Shown here: positions 1 through 24,376 of the stretch, one piece after another
Numbering within the stretch: position 1 is the first letter of the stretch
Layout: every line of letters starts with the position of its first letter
DNA from: the human T2T-CHM13v2.0 reference genome, Homo sapiens
Direction: 5' to 3' (one strand)
Assembly (NCBI RefSeq): GCF_009914755.1
Contig: NC_060941.1
Length of the DNA: 64,000 nt
The notes under the pieces: generated by a model
Seen by the model: only the letters and a program-made list of their open reading frames with translations
Told to the model about the DNA's origin: nothing
The model's database searches: none
Translations under genes and position numbers: made by a program

Positions 1-9
1 AGCTACTCA

Positions 10-303
<294 letters not shown>

Positions 304-390
304 TTATTTACAAGTAACTGTGTCCCTATTCATAACAGAATAAAGAATGAAGCAACCTAAAATTCAACAATAGGTGAAATCCAACTATTT

Positions 391-428
<38 letters not shown>
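391..428. repeat. (TTG)n microsatellite at an Alu tail
   Basis: About 12 TTG units seen directly. Confidence 0.95.
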
Positions 429-429
<1 letters not shown>

Positions 430-1060
430 GAGACAGGGTCTTATTCTGTCGCCCAAACTGGAATGCAGTGGCATAATCATGGCACTGCAGCCTTGACCTC
501 CCCAGGATCAGGTGATCCTCCCACCTCAGCCTCCCAAGTAGGAGAGGGTGTGGGTCTACAGCCGCACACCACCATGCCTGGCTAATTTTTTGTAGAGATG
601 GTGTTTTGCCATGTTTCCCAGGGTAGTCTCCAATTCCTGGGCTCAAGTGATCTGCCTGTCTTGGCTTCCGAAAGTGCTGGGATTACAGGTGGGAGCCACC
701 TTGCCCAGCCCAACAATTTCAAAATAAGTTTACAGGGTTTTTTTTTTTTAATAACATAGAGTAATGTTTACATTCTAATGTAAAGTGAAAATCATGACAT
801 AAAATTGCTTACACATATCGTAATTGTCACTTTTTTTTTAAGCACACAAAAAGACTAGAGGAACAGGTGGAAAAATGTCAAACTTTTTTTTGGTCTGTTC
901 TTTGTACTTCTGAGGGAAGAGGGTGCCGAGCAGGGGAGGCCACAACAACTATGGGTTTTTCTTTGTCATCTAATGGCTATGTCATCCCATTTGCTTCTAT
1001 CAGTGGTGTGAGTGCCAAACACTCTGATGCCAGCTAGGTAGTTCTTCATTATTCCCTTCA

Positions 1061-1418
<358 letters not shown>

Positions 1419-1595
1419 TCATTTTCCCTTACATACATATTTGCCAACATGAAACAAACAGCAAACTCGTCATTAGTCTCAATCACCACTAGGGCGAGGA
1501 ATAAAAAGTTTTTTTTTCCAGGAGAACTGACTTCAAAGTTGTGGATTAGTGCTACCATTTATCCACAGGAAAAAAAAAAAAACAAAAAAAAACTA

Positions 1596-1766
<171 letters not shown>

Positions 1767-2724
1767 TTAGCTGGGCATGGTGGTGGGCACCTGTAATCCC
1801 AGCTACTCAGGAGGCTGAGACAGGAGGATCGCTTGAACCCAGGAGGTGGAGTTTGCAGTGAGTCGAGATCACGCCACTGCACTCTATCTAGCCTGGGCAA
1901 CAAGAGTGAAACTCCATCTCAAAAAAAAAAAAGAAAGAAAAAAAAATTATTGCCCTTTTAGTAATTCCCTTACTTATAATACCTAACTAAATTTAAACCA
2001 AAAAAAATTTTAATCAATTTTTTAAAAATTGAAAAAAAATTCCCACACACCAAATAAATTTGTTTTACTTAAGTTCGTTCTTTATTTATTTAATTTTTTT
2101 TTTTGAGTCAGAATCTCACTCTGTTGCCAAGGCTGGAGTGCAGTGGTGCCATCTCAGCTCACTGCAACTTCTGCCTCCTGGGTTCGAGTGATTCTTTTTT
2201 TTTTTTTTTGAGACGGAGTCTTGCTCTATCGCCCAGGCTGGACTGCAGTGGCGCGATCTCCTCTCACTGCAAGCTCTGCTTCCTGGGTTCACGCCATTTT
2301 CCTGCCTCAGCCTCCCGAGTAGCTGGGACTATAGGCGCCCGCCACCACGCCCGGCTAATTTTTTGTATTTTTAGTAGAGACGGGGTGTCACCATGTTAGC
2401 CAGGATGGTCTCGATCTCCTGACCTCGTGATCTGCCTGCCTTGGCCTCCCAAAGCGCTGGGATTACAGGTGTGAGCCACCGCACCCAGCTGTTCAAGCTA
2501 TTATTGAGCTTCCACCTCCCAAGTAGCTGGGATTACAGGTGCCCGCCACCACGCCCGGCTAATTTATGTATTTTTAGTAGAGACGGGGTTTCACCATGTT
2601 GGCCAGGCTGCTCTCGAACTCCTGACCTCAAGTGATCCGCCCACCTTGGCCTCCCAAAGTGCTAGGATTACAGGCGTGACCCACCACACTCGGCCTGTTT
2701 TACTTAAGTTCTTTAAAACTCAGC

Positions 2725-2935
2725 ATGTGTGTGTGTATGTATGAATATATGTATGTATGTATACACATGCACGAATATATGTGTATATGCATATATATGC
2801 ATGAATACATATATACCTATGTGTGCATGAATACATATACATATATGTATGAATATATTATATATACGTATATGTGTATGAATATATTATATATACATAT
2901 ATGTGTATGAACATATATACAAACACACACACACT
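2725..2935. repeat. Degenerate (TA/TG/CA)n purine-pyrimidine low-complexity repeat
   Basis: Recurring ATGAATATAT...ATATGTGT units. Confidence 0.9.
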
Positions 2936-3371
2936 CTTCTTCCAGTAATTTGTGCTAAAGTCAATTCATTTCATTCGTCTGGCTGGAAATCACACACCCC
3001 AGGGTCATAGTGATGTTGTTCAACTCTCTCTGGAGTCAGTGACACTTACTTTAAACAACCCTGGTTTCCAATTAGTTTAGTTTCTGGAGCACTGGTAAAT
3101 GGAATACCTGGTGTTTGTTTTTATAAGAAAAACTATCTGGGCAGTTGCGGAAAGGCAAGATGCTTTGCTTCTAACAACTGATGAGTTCTGTCTGATTAAC
3201 CTGCCAGCCACTTGGGCTTTGATGTCTCCTCAAGTTCCCATGACACTGCTCTTCCTACTCACTCAGTGGGAGAACCTGCCAATCTGCATTACTCTTCTTC
3301 ATCACTCACAGTCCTTTTGTCACTAGACATAAGAAGATCACTGAGTGGCCTCAGAGACACACAGAAGTCTA

Positions 3372-3572
<201 letters not shown>

Positions 3573-3608
3573 TCACTGTCACACTATTTTCAAAGCCATT
3601 CTTGCTAA

Positions 3609-3970
<362 letters not shown>

Positions 3971-5198
3971 TGAGCCACTGTGCCCAGCTTATCTGGAGGT
4001 CTTTACCCAGAAATGTTGGTCTCCAGGAACCTAGCCCAGACAGGATACAAGTGGAGAATAAGCAGACAAGATAGAAATAAAAAAAAAATCCACTTTCCTG
4101 AGCATTTTCCCCCTCCTATATGAATATGAAGACAGCAGATCTTTGTGGCAGGAGTAAAGGCCCTTGGGTTCTAGTCTAAGTGTTATTCAGACTAACATAA
4201 GAGAATCTTTTTCTTTTTTTTTTTTTTGAGATGGCCTCACTCTGTTGCCCAGACTGGAGTGCAGTAGCCTGGTCTCGGCTCACTGCAACCTCTGATTCCC
4301 AGGCTCAAGAGATTCTCATGACTCAGCCTCCTGAGTAGCTGGGATTACAGGTGCGCGCCACTACCACTCAGCTAATTTTTTATATTTCTAGTAGAGACGT
4401 GGTTTCACCATGTTGGCCAGGCTGGTCACGAACCCCTGACCTCAAATGATCCACCCTCCTTGACCTCCCAAAGTACAGGGATTACAGGCGTGAGACACCG
4501 CACCCTGACACTAAGAGAATCTTGTACTTATCCATAAAGTAAGACCTTGTACTTATCCATAAAATAAGAATGATAATACCTACCACTGGGGATGCTATGA
4601 AAATAAAACAGAATACAATAAAGGTTACAATACTTAGGAAACAGCAAAAGTAAAACAAATGAAAGTCTGTGCTCTTTATTCAAGAGACTATTAGCTCTAC
4701 TTATCCCAATTTTAACATAATTTTAACAAACTTAGTTAATTATATTTCCTAGCCTACAGCAAATTAAGGCAACAAATATGGAGTTTGAGATGGGAGCAAG
4801 ATGTGTAAAAGTGAGAAGGAGGCACAAAAAATTACTACATGCTCCCTGAAGTATAAGATCCAGAGGCCTTTGTATGGGCAAACACTCCTTAGCAGAAGCT
4901 TAAGACAGCCCTATATCATGATGCTTCACCATAACAGGTGTTCAGAAAAATACCACTGTCACCAAGAAAAGGTTAGAATATGTTTAGAATATAATCAAAA
5001 TAGATATTTAGAATATCATGAAGTTTGTAACGTTTTCATTCAATATAATTAAAATTTTAAGAACTAAGAAATTAAAGAAATAAACTTCAATTGTCTGAAA
5101 AATGCATTTAGATGGAGATGGCTTTTTCCCTGATGCTAGAAAAAGAGGGTGATGTTTTTAAGGAAAAAATAAATATGGTATCATTGTTTTATATCCTA

Positions 5199-6078
<880 letters not shown>

Positions 6079-7053
6079 CTAGCAAACTCTAATTTTCTAT
6101 GGAAACAGAAATATTAGGATATAAGTAAATTCTTTGTGCCTTTTTTGTTTGTTTTTGAGACAGGGTCTCACTCTGTTGCCTGTGCTAGAGTGCTGTCACA
6201 TGATTTCAGCTCACTGTAATCTCAACTTCCTGAGCTCAGGTGATCCTCCCACTTCAGCCTCCCAAGTAGCTGGGACTACAGGCACACGCCACCATGCCCA
6301 GCTAATTTTGATATCTTTTGTAGAAACAGGGTTTCGTTATGTTGCCCAGGCTGGTCTTGAACTCCTGGGCTCAAGCGATTAACCTGCCTTGGCCTCCCAA
6401 AGTGCTGGAATAAACCACTGCACCTGGCTGTGTCTTCTCTTTATATAAAAACAAATGACAGCTGGGCATGGTGGCTCTTGCCTGTAATCCCACACTTTTG
6501 GAGGCCAAGGCGGGTGGATTGCTTGAGCTCAAGAGTTTGAGAGCAGCCTGGGCAACATAGTGAAACCCCATCTCTATGGAAAAAAAAAAAAAGATAAAGA
6601 AATAAATACCAGCCGGGCGTGCTGAGACCCCATCTCTACAATTCACAAAATTAGCCAGGTGTGCTGATACAGCCTGTAGTCCCACCTACTCAGGGGTCTG
6701 AGGCGGGAGGATCGCTTGAGTCCAGAAGATTGAGGCTGCAGTGAGCCATGACAGTGCCACTTCACTCCAGCAAAAATAAATGCCAATGCTTTTCCAAATG
6801 TTCTAAGTGAGGACTGAAGCCTCACTAAGATTCAGTATTGTACAATGAAAGAACAACAGACCAGGAGTCAGGAGACCTGCCCCTAACCAACTTGGCCCTT
6901 GGTTGTAGCACAGCAAGTTGAGAGGTGGCAGGGAGAGCTATCTTCCCTGTATAGGCAATAAAAGGGTGATATGGCCAGGCACGGTGGCTCATGCCTGTAA
7001 TCCTAGCACTTTGGGAGGCTGAGGCAGGTGGATCACCTATGGTCAGGAGTTCA

Positions 7054-7312
<259 letters not shown>

Positions 7313-8010
7313 CTAAAACAGTAACAAAACCCAGTAAAAGTTGGCCTGCTTTTTATCACCATGGGCCAGCTATTCTAAATAATATCAGTAATAACATCCG
7401 CCTTCCAATGAGGCAGACCTCTCCCACCCCACCCGCATCTTGACATCTCTGGGCCTCAGGAAGTTTATATCACTGGGCTTGAGCTTCACACTCTGTAAAT
7501 TGACAGGGCTAATCCATGTCTAAGGGATCTTCCAACTCTAAAATTATAAAATTCAAGAGGCAGCCAGCTCTCTGAGTGTGAACTTGTTCAAATTCATTAA
7601 TTCATTCATCCCCTCATTCCTTCACTGACTATTTACTGAGTTCCTTCTATGTACTGGTCACCATGCTAGGTGCTGGGACACAGGAGGAGTCAGATGTTGG
7701 CCCTGTCCTTAAGGAAACTCACGGAGGAGCCTCTCTGCAAGCTATACCTCCTAGCCAGCTCCCATGGTGTCTGCTCACCTCCTCTGAGGGGTTTTCTTTG
7801 ATCCACCAGGTCCCTCAGTCCCCAGCTGTTATCTGAGCTACTTATGGGCAGAGTTTGTGGCTTATTCATCATCAGAACCCAGAGTCTAGGCCAGGCAAGG
7901 TGGCTCATGCCTGTAATCCCAACACTTTGGGAGGCCGAGGTGGGCAGATCACCTGAGGTCAGGAGTTCGAGACCAGCGGTGACCAACATGAAGAAACCCC
8001 ATCTCTATTA

Positions 8011-8220
<210 letters not shown>

Positions 8221-8603
8221 CTATAGCTGTTTGTTGAATGAGTGAATGAATGAATAGCAGCTTAGAATGGAGATTAATACCTATCCAAGATACTTTATTC
8301 AATAAGTTGAGCCATGCAAAATTGCCAATACTTGACCATTTTAACTAATAAAACAGAAATTTAATATGGTTCAATTTGATACATACGAATTTACAGAGAA
8401 GGACAATGGGCTGTGTGTTGGGTCTGAACTGGGAGACAGAGAGTATCTACGTTGGAATTCCACCATGGAGGACTGATTTCCCAAAGCTAAGAGCACCTTG
8501 CTATGAGTCAGTTGCATATATATGTCAGTCCCTCCACATAGGTTAGGGGCAACGTCAAACCCAGCCCTGGGGTCCTGCTTAGGATGCCCCTTCCTCCCAC
8601 TCA

Positions 8604-9575
<972 letters not shown>

Positions 9576-10097
9576 CTAAGCAGCCTTGGCTTGTTCAAGA
9601 GGCAAAGACTGTCAAAAAAAAAAAAAAAGTTTTTTATTTTCCCACCCCCTTCCCAGTTGTGGAAGACTACTGGATACACTCACAAAGGGTGAGGGAGTAT
9701 GTGTCCCCTAGGGGAAAGCTCCTATTTTGACATGGAATGAGGCAGAAATTGTTGTCAGGGCAGGGGTCTAGCCATGGAGGAAATATTCTAAGCTTTATTG
9801 TGTGTCCAAACATGCATAACTGTCAGGACATGCAAATTAGAGGCCCCTGAATCTTGTTTTCTTTTGTTTTATAGAGATGGGGTCTTGCTGTGTTGCCCAG
9901 GTTGCTCTCAAACTCCTGGCTTTAAGTGATCCTCCCGTCTCACTCTCCCAAAGTGCTGGGATTACAGGTGTGAGCCACCGTGCCCAGCTCCCCTGAATCT
10001 TAAGGACCACGTTCATAGCCTTCTTTTCACACAAAAGAGTTTGACTATTTCTCAGTTAAAGTTATGCTCTTGGTGAGCATCTGATAACAGTAGCCTA

Positions 10098-10458
<361 letters not shown>

Positions 10459-10783
10459 TTACATTATGGGAGTAATGAAAAAACTAAAAAATTTATGCTA
10501 GGATTGACCACCCACCACCCCTGGTTTACAGGTGTACAGCTTACAGAGAATGGGACTAAGCTGTCAAAGTAATGAGGTTACAGGGCCACTCTGGAGGCCT
10601 CCAGCACTGCTGAAGGAGAGTCAGAGTGAATGGTCATTTGGCTGGAATTGGAAGGCCTGGGTTCCAGTTCTATAACAAGTTCTCTGTGATCCTGAGCAGG
10701 TTACAACCTCTCTGAACCTTAGTTTTCTCATCTGTAATATGAAGGCATTAAGCCTGATGACTGCAAGGTCCTTTCCAGTTCTA

Positions 10784-11157
<374 letters not shown>

Positions 11158-11216
11158 TCACGAGGTCAGGAAATCGAGACCATCCTGGCCAACATGGTGA
11201 AACCCCGTCTCTACTA

Positions 11217-11441
<225 letters not shown>

Positions 11442-11636
11442 TCAGGAGGCTGAGGCATGAGAATCACTTGAACCCAGGAAGTGGAGGTTGCAGTGAGCTG
11501 AGAGCATGCCACTGTACTCCAGTCTGGGCAATAGAGCTAGACTTTATCTCACAAAACAAACAAGTTACATCTACAGTTTAGAGGAGTCAATTAGTTGCAG
11601 CTCATGTGACTCTCAGAACACATTTGTGTCAAACTA

Positions 11637-11885
<249 letters not shown>

Positions 11886-12217
11886 CTAAGTATCTGATAA
11901 ACTCCCTCTTATTCCTGTTGGGTAGACTGACTTTAGTCCTAATTAACTAGTTTATTGTTATTGCCAATACCTTAAAAGCAATAATAATAGCTACCATTCA
12001 CTGAATCTCCACTAAGTGCCTACAGGGTGCCCCTACTATGCATATGTGTTGAACCTCCCTAGCTCCCCTCCTCAATTCCATGCTGCTTTCACCAAGTTAA
12101 GCAGTTAGGCTATTATCAAGAACACAGAAATGGTGTAATAAAATGAGGATTTCCAAAATTTCTTACAACTTGGTCTCTAGCTTCATCTTGTCTCTAACTC
12201 CCTATTCTCCTGAGTTA

Positions 12218-12478
<261 letters not shown>

Positions 12479-12661
12479 TTAGGAAACCAAAGAGTGGAGT
12501 GGGGGGAAAAGAAATCAGATGAAGCTGGGTAACCTTAGGCAAGTCACTTAACTTCTTTATTTTTTTTTCTAATCCACTGTACTTTAGAAACAATTCATTT
12601 CCTTATATATTAATTTCTCTCTGTAGAAAAACTACCCAGAGGGGCCGGGCGTGGTGGCTTA

Positions 12662-12933
<272 letters not shown>

Positions 12934-13296
12934 CTACCTGGAAGGCCAATTCATAAGTGAGAAGCCACTTTACTCATTTACCAGAGAGATCACCGCCACA
13001 GAGATAGGAAACAATAGTGTCAGCAACATGTACACATGGGCTCCCCGCTGGCAGGGGAGCCCAATATTCATCTCATGTATATTGTCATTTTGCCTCTGGG
13101 ACTGCAAACACCATAAAAAAGCAGCCCTTGGCCGGGCGTGGTGGCTCACGCCTGTAATCCTAGCACTTTGGGAGGCCGAGGTGGGTGGATCACCTGAGGT
13201 CAGAGGTTGAAACCAGCCTGGCCAACACAGTGAAATCCCATCCCTACTAAAAATACAAAAATTAGCTGGGTGTGGTGGCGAGCACATGTAATCTCA

Positions 13297-13467
<171 letters not shown>

Positions 13468-13523
13468 TTAGGAGGCTGAGGTGGGCGGATCACGAGGTCA
13501 GGAGATCCAGACCATCCTGGCTA

Positions 13524-13744
<221 letters not shown>

Positions 13745-13799
<55 letters not shown>
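13745..13799. repeat. (TG)n microsatellite, about 27 units
   Basis: Seen directly. Confidence 0.97.
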
Positions 13800-13800
<1 letters not shown>

Positions 13801-14062
13801 TTTCTTTTGAAGGATTCCTTCCATCTTCAGATATGTGACTACTTTCTCCACATCAGAGCAGTGGATTTGGAAGTACATCCATTTCTTTCAAGTGACACTG
13901 TTTATACATCTAATGGACACAGGGTGTGTTTCATAGTTTACTTCTCAGAGGCTAGTCTTTCCCCCTAATTTACAAGTTCTCAAGGGATACCACACATAGA
14001 TCATAAGTACTGATACCAATATTCAGGTTAAAAAGTTTGCTTCGGCCGGGCGTGGTGGCTCA

Positions 14063-14747
<685 letters not shown>

Positions 14748-14789
14748 TAAAAGTCAGTAACTCCTGTGGGGGGAGAAAAATGCAACCTA

Positions 14790-14996
<207 letters not shown>

Positions 14997-15021
14997 TCAC
15001 AAGTCAGCGCTCATGCCTTAA

Positions 15022-15225
<204 letters not shown>

Positions 15226-15399
15226 TAGTAGAGACGAGGTTTTGCCATGTTGGCCAGGCTCGTGGGTCTTTTAATCAACATACTACATTTGTGAAAACTT
15301 TGCCTCTGAAGGCTGACAACCTCTTTGAGTTCCTGGAAACCTAGCTAGACAATGAGCTAGTCCACACTGCTTCAGAGCTGTTCCAATACCTGCAATTCC

Positions 15400-15830
15400 T
15401 TACTATTCCACCCGGGCCCTCTCCACCACTTCATCTGGCAACTCTACTGCTCACCCACTCCACTCAAGTCACAGGGACCTTCTTTCAGTTCCTCCAACAT
15501 ACCTCATGTTCTTCAAGTCTTTGCACTGGCAGCTTCTGCCAGGCATGCTCTGCCCACAGATCCTAGAATGACTAGCTACTTTTTGTGACTGAGATATTTG
15601 TCTGAAAGTCACTTCCTCAAGGAGGCCCTCCCTGACTGCCTAATCTAAAGTAGTCCTGTTTTATTGGTTTCAGAGCACTTATTATCTGAATTTGTGTTCA
15701 TTTAGTTTATCTGTCTCCCCTCCATTCTAGAGAGTCAGCTCCATGAGAGTAGGCAACTCATCTGCTTTTATATCACTGTACTTCTGGGCTTACACCAGGG
15801 CCTTGATGCTTGCTGTTGAATAAATGAACG
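15400..15830 (-). mobile_element. L2 3' fragment
   Basis: CTTTGCACTGGC...TCCTCAAGGAGGCCCTCCCTGAC...AGCTCCATGAGAGTAGG...GTTGAATAAATGAA L2 tail pattern; strand approximate. Confidence 0.55.
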
Positions 15831-18068
15831 TAAACTCTTTCAAGAGCCCTCTCAACCCCCATCTGCTTTATCAAAGCCATCTGGGACTTCCCCAACTCCT
15901 CATGATTATTTCTTTTCTGAACTCCTGCCCTTTTGGGAATGTGTCCTCTCAGTTTAGCACTCAAGGGTTCACTCATATGCTTAAATAACTCTTCCCAACC
16001 AGACTCCTTAAGAGCTAAGTCAGAGCATCCTAAATGTCTTCTGGCCCAGCAAGAGTCCTCAGGGTAAACTCAGCACTGACTTGTGCCCACAGCTGTCATG
16101 ACAGTCAAATGAGATCATGGATGTAGAAACACTCGGTGAGCCATAAAGCGCTCTTTCATGTAAAGAATTAGTATGAATATTATGGGAGGCATTCAGTCAA
16201 GACTTAATGACTGGCAGTTGATAATTAAGAATTAAGTTTTTAAAAAGCAAGTGACAGCAAGTTTTTTGTTGGTCTGGAAAAAGGATAGATTTTAGACGAT
16301 GAGATGGGCTTCTCAGACTTTGAGCAAACTTCCCTAAATAAAGTTTCTTCCAGCAAATCTTTGGATAGAGGGCAGTGAGTTCATGAAGTCATGAAGGTGA
16401 AAAAGCTAGTATTGACTTTAGTTATATTGCTGAAAAGTCACCTATGGCCTAGTATAGTGTGAACAGTGTGGATATGCATACAAATTTAATACATAATTAT
16501 ATATTGAACCCAGGAGGCAGAGGTTGCAGTGCGCCAAGACTGAGCCACTGCACTCCAGCCTGGGTAACAGAGTGAGACTCCATCTTAAAAAAAAAAAGGG
16601 CCAGGAGCAGTGGCTCATGCCTGTAATCCCAGCACTTTAGGAGGCCGAGGCGGGTGGATCACTTGAGGTCAGGAATTCAAGACCAGCCTGGCCAACATGG
16701 TGAAACCCCATCTCTACTAAAAACACAAAAATTAGCTGGGCATGGTGGCACGTGCCTGTAATGCCAGCTACTCAGGAGGCTGAGGCAGAATTGCTTGAAT
16801 CCGGGAGGCAGAGGTTGCTGTGAGCCGAGATCGCACCACTGCATTCCAGACTGGGCTACTGTCTCAAAAAAAAAAAAAAAAAAAAAAAAGGAAGGAGCTG
16901 AAGGTAGGAGAAACTGCTGTATCACTTTTATACCAAGAGATGGAATGCTATCCTTGACAATGACATTCAACAAACTGATATGCCCTAGTAGAGTGTTACC
17001 AAAAATAAATGTGGGATTGAAGGCTACTTTGGGTTGGTGAATAATCAACTCATGTTACCAGCTTTCAAAGAAGGGTATGTTGTTACACCTGCAACGGCTT
17101 GCTGTCTAACATTTCTGACACTTCTACCTGAGGTTCCATCCTGAGGTCATTCCTAGACATTCACAGACCCTTGGTTACCTCCTACCCCCTCACTTGGCCA
17201 GTTGTTGACCCCAGCAACTCCATGCATTTCACTTTATTCCCTCCCATTTTGGCTTCATGGTCACCACTAGGCCCTGTCTCATGGTCTCATGGCTGGTGTT
17301 CCTGTCAACCTCCAATCCATCCTGCCCCTGTATCCTGGAGACATCCTCTACTATCTGGTTTAGCCCCATCTGTGTCTCTAACCAATCAATTGGGTAACTT
17401 CACACCATTGCTTCACCCCTGGGTGCCTCAGTTTCCTCAACTATATAAGGACAGCATTGGGCTGGGCCATCTCCAAAGCTCCATTTCGGGCTAGGATTCA
17501 CATTTCTATTGGTGAGCAAAAGGAGAAGAAACTGTGGTACCTTTCTCTCAATAGCAGATGGCGATCCATCACTGACAAAAGTGCACACCCTTTAGCGTCC
17601 ACTGCTCCTGAACACATAGCCAGAGAGGTCAACCCTGCTCTGAACCATTTTAAGTTTTTCCTTCAACTAGATCATCCAATCATTTAAGAAACATTTACCG
17701 GCCAGCCGTAGTGGCTCATGCCTGTAATCCCAGTACTTTGGGAGGCCAAGGCAGGAGGACTGCCTGAGCCCAGGAGATTGAGATTGTAGTGAGCCACTGT
17801 ACTATGGCCTGGGCAAAAGAGAGAGATCCTGTGTCCCCCACCCACAGAAAAGAAGGCTGGGTGTGGTGGCTCACACTTGTAATCCAAGCACTTTGGGAGG
17901 CCAGGTCGGGCAGATCGCATGAGTCCAGGAGTTCAAGTCCAGCCTGGGCAACATGGCGTGACCTTATCTCTATAAAAAATACAAAAATTGGCTGGGCGCA
18001 GGGGCTCACGCCTGTATTCCCAGCACTTTGGGAGGCTGAGGCGGGTGGATCACAAGGTCAGGAGTTCA

Positions 18069-18582
<514 letters not shown>

Positions 18583-18838
18583 TCAGGGTATGAGAGCATC
18601 AGTATAGACTTCACAGAGAGTGTTGGGAGACTGTGTCTGAAGTGACTTTAAAAGGCTAAATTGGCGTGTGCCAGGTATTCCAGATGCAGAGAGCAGTGTA
18701 GTAAAAGTGCCTTCAAATGGTCAGGAGGGAGCAGGGCAGTTAGGAGATTGACACTACAAGTGGAGCCTCACTTAGGGAGGCTTCTGCTCCCTGAAAATGG
18801 GTCTGGACTTAATCTTGCAGGCAATAAGGAGACCCTGA

Positions 18839-19168
<330 letters not shown>

Positions 19169-21007
19169 TAGCCAGGATGGTCTCGATTTCCTGACCTCAT
19201 GATCCACCCGTCTCGGCCTCCCAAAGTGCTGGGATTACAGGCATGCGCCACCACGCCTGGCTAATTTTGTATTTTTAGTAGAGATGGGGTTTCTCAATGT
19301 TGGTCAGGCTGGTATTGAACTCCCAACCTCAGGTGATCCGCATGCCTCAGCTTCCTAAAGTGCTGGAATTATAGGCATGAGCCACCATGCCCAGCCTAGA
19401 GGAAGGATCTTAACCTAAAAATCATCCATGACCCTATACTGTTCAAAAATGCCTATCCTAAGAACACAGCATCCCAGTGTTCTTAAGATAAAATTCAGAC
19501 TCCTCACCAGGGCCCACAAGGCCAAGCACAACCTGACCTCTGCCTCCTCTCCATGCAGAGGGACAAAAGGCACTCCAGGTCTGGGGAAGTGAGAGCCTTT
19601 TTATATCATTTGTTCAAAAAACATATGCTGAGTGCACATACGCAAAGGCCTGTTCTGGGCATTTGAGATATAGCAGTAAATAAAACAGAAATCCCTGCCT
19701 CATGTAGCTTTTCATCTTTGAGAGAAGTTACAGAGTATGTGACAAACAAAGATCTGGTGAGAGACCAGAAACAAAGCATCAGTGATGGGTAGGTGGCAGA
19801 CAAGGGTAAGAGGAAGTAGGTGGGTCTAGGCAAGGGGTCTGCCCAGTGGCTGAGGCCTCACAGAAGAGCAGAACCAATACTGGCCCAAAGGCTCAGAGCT
19901 GTGGATGGCAGTAAGGAAGCGCAGGGGAGAGCCTCTGCCTCTCAAAGCTTGGGGGCTCTCAGGAAGACTTTGACTCTTGCCAACAGGAAACAAAGCCCAC
20001 TTACCAACTCCTGAATTTTGACTGCCTCTCTCACTGTGCTGAGCCCCTTGAGGGCAGAGAATGCCCTCCATATCTATCCAGGCCAGTGCCTGGCCCAGAT
20101 GTAGGAGGTGTGACAGGCCATTAGGCTCATCAGCACCCATCACCTTCTCTCCTTCCAGGATGCACAGGTAAGGCACAGCTCAGCTTCCCTCCAGTAGAAG
20201 GTAACTGGGCTCTGGCCACTGCAATGTGGGAGGCAGTAACATACCCATTTCAGACTGGCCCCAAACCCCACTGTGTCCCCTCCATGTTCTTTCTTGCTTG
20301 CTGACTGGCAGTGCAAAGAATGCAGTGGGGGATCAAGGCCTGAAAGGTGGTGAAGCTACAGATTGGAGTGACAGGGAACACTGTCCCTGCCTCCAACACA
20401 GATTGGATTGCAATGTGAGCGAGAAATACACCTTGTTGTGTTAAAAGCTGCTCAAAGGGCCAGGCGCAGTGGATCACACCTGTAATCCTAGCACTTTGGG
20501 AGGCCGAAGTGGGCGGATCACCTGAGGTCGGGAGTTTGAGACCAGCCTGGCCAACATGGTGAAACTGCATCTCTACTAAAAACACAAAAATTAGCCAGGC
20601 GTGGTGGTGAGCACCTGTAACCCCAGCTACTCAGGAGGCTGAGGCAAGAGAATCGCTTGAACCCAGGAGGCGGAGGTTGCAGTGAGCCGAGATTGTGCCA
20701 CTGCATTCCAGCCTGGGCAAGAGGGCAAGACTCCGTCAAAAAAAAAAAAGCCGCTGAAAATTTTGGAATGGATAATTATAGCATTTATGCACATTGGCTA
20801 ATACGAGCTCTTACTTGTTAAATGTTTATTAAAATGTCTCCAAATTCCTCTAGCCTTGGCAGACAGGGTAAGGCATTTGGGACAGGTTCAGCAACTGATG
20901 AACAGGTTCATCTCACCAATGAGGAGTCCCACCCAGATCAGATTCTGTCTCTATAGGAAGGGTCCCCAAGGGAGATCAACTTCAGGAGAAAGTCCCACTC
21001 CATGTTA

Positions 21008-21421
<414 letters not shown>

Positions 21422-22147
21422 TCATACCACAAAAAATGAAAAGAAAGTTCTCAAAGTCTGGTATGTGCATCCAGGATTGGCTTGGGGAAAACTGACAGGG
21501 GAGGTCCCCCCATACCACCAGTAAACCTGCCCTGTCGCCTCCCTGTCCAAGCCCAAGCTGCTGGGGAGAACCTGGAAGCTCAAAGGACCCTGCAGAATGC
21601 AGATAACCAATTCAGTCCTACCCCAGTCAGATGAGACAGAAAGTGCCTCCTAAGGGGACAGAAATTCACTCACATCAATGCACCTGGCTGACTAAAGTCT
21701 TAATGGGTCTCTCCCCCAGAGAAATGGTCTTTAAGGTAATACCCTCACTCAAGGGGGAAAAACAGAAAAAAACAGAATAGGAGGTCCTCAGGCAGAAGGA
21801 ATGGCAAGCCATTTGGGGGAAGAGCCCTTCTTGGGGTCTCCTTACTTCTATCCAAAGTATTTAGAACAAAGTCATGGAGGAAAAAAACCTAAATACTCCA
21901 AGAGCTCTCTAAACCTACATCTCAGGCCAAAGCACCCTTTCCAGGGACTCTATACAAGCCAGGAAAGATGTCTCCCAACCCCAAGGAAATTTGAGAGGTG
22001 AGAGGGGAGTGATACAGGCCTCTATAGAAAAAACTGGGAGAGAGCACAAATGAAAATGTAGGAAAATAAAGCCAGTGGCTGCTGGATTATAGTTAGTCAA
22101 AGGTGTCTGTATTTTCTGGGTCCACTGCGCTCTTAGATGTCTGATCA

Positions 22148-23051
<904 letters not shown>

Positions 23052-23196
23052 TCAAAAAAAAAAAAGCAGAACTGACAATAATAAAACCGTACTAATTCTG
23101 ACCATGTGCTTATCAGCCTTAAATAGCATGTTATACAGCCCCTATAAAGCAAAAGAATAAAGATATTTATCTTCCATGCATGCAGAAATGGGATCA

Positions 23197-23839
<643 letters not shown>

Positions 23840-24124
23840 TAAGAAAACAGGATGAGGTGTTGGTGAGGGTTTCTGTTGGAATCTGTGGCCCTAACTGATG
23901 AGACCTTGAGAGCTTAGAGCCATCAATGACAACAATGACAATGTGGCCAAGAGCTCCTGTATTCTTTGCATACATCGTCTCAGATCCTAACAACCACCTG
24001 CAAGAAATGTATCATTATACTCATTTTATAGATGAGGAGACCAACATCAAGGAAATGTCAGGGCCTGGTGCAGTGGCTCACGTCTGTAATCCCAGCACTT
24101 TGGGAGGCCAAGGTGGGCAGATCA

Positions 24125-24376
<252 letters not shown>

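Noticed and set aside
4521-4569. 25-bp tandem duplication (also a 16-bp one at 33387-33420)
   Set aside because: Ordinary slippage duplications with no functional hint
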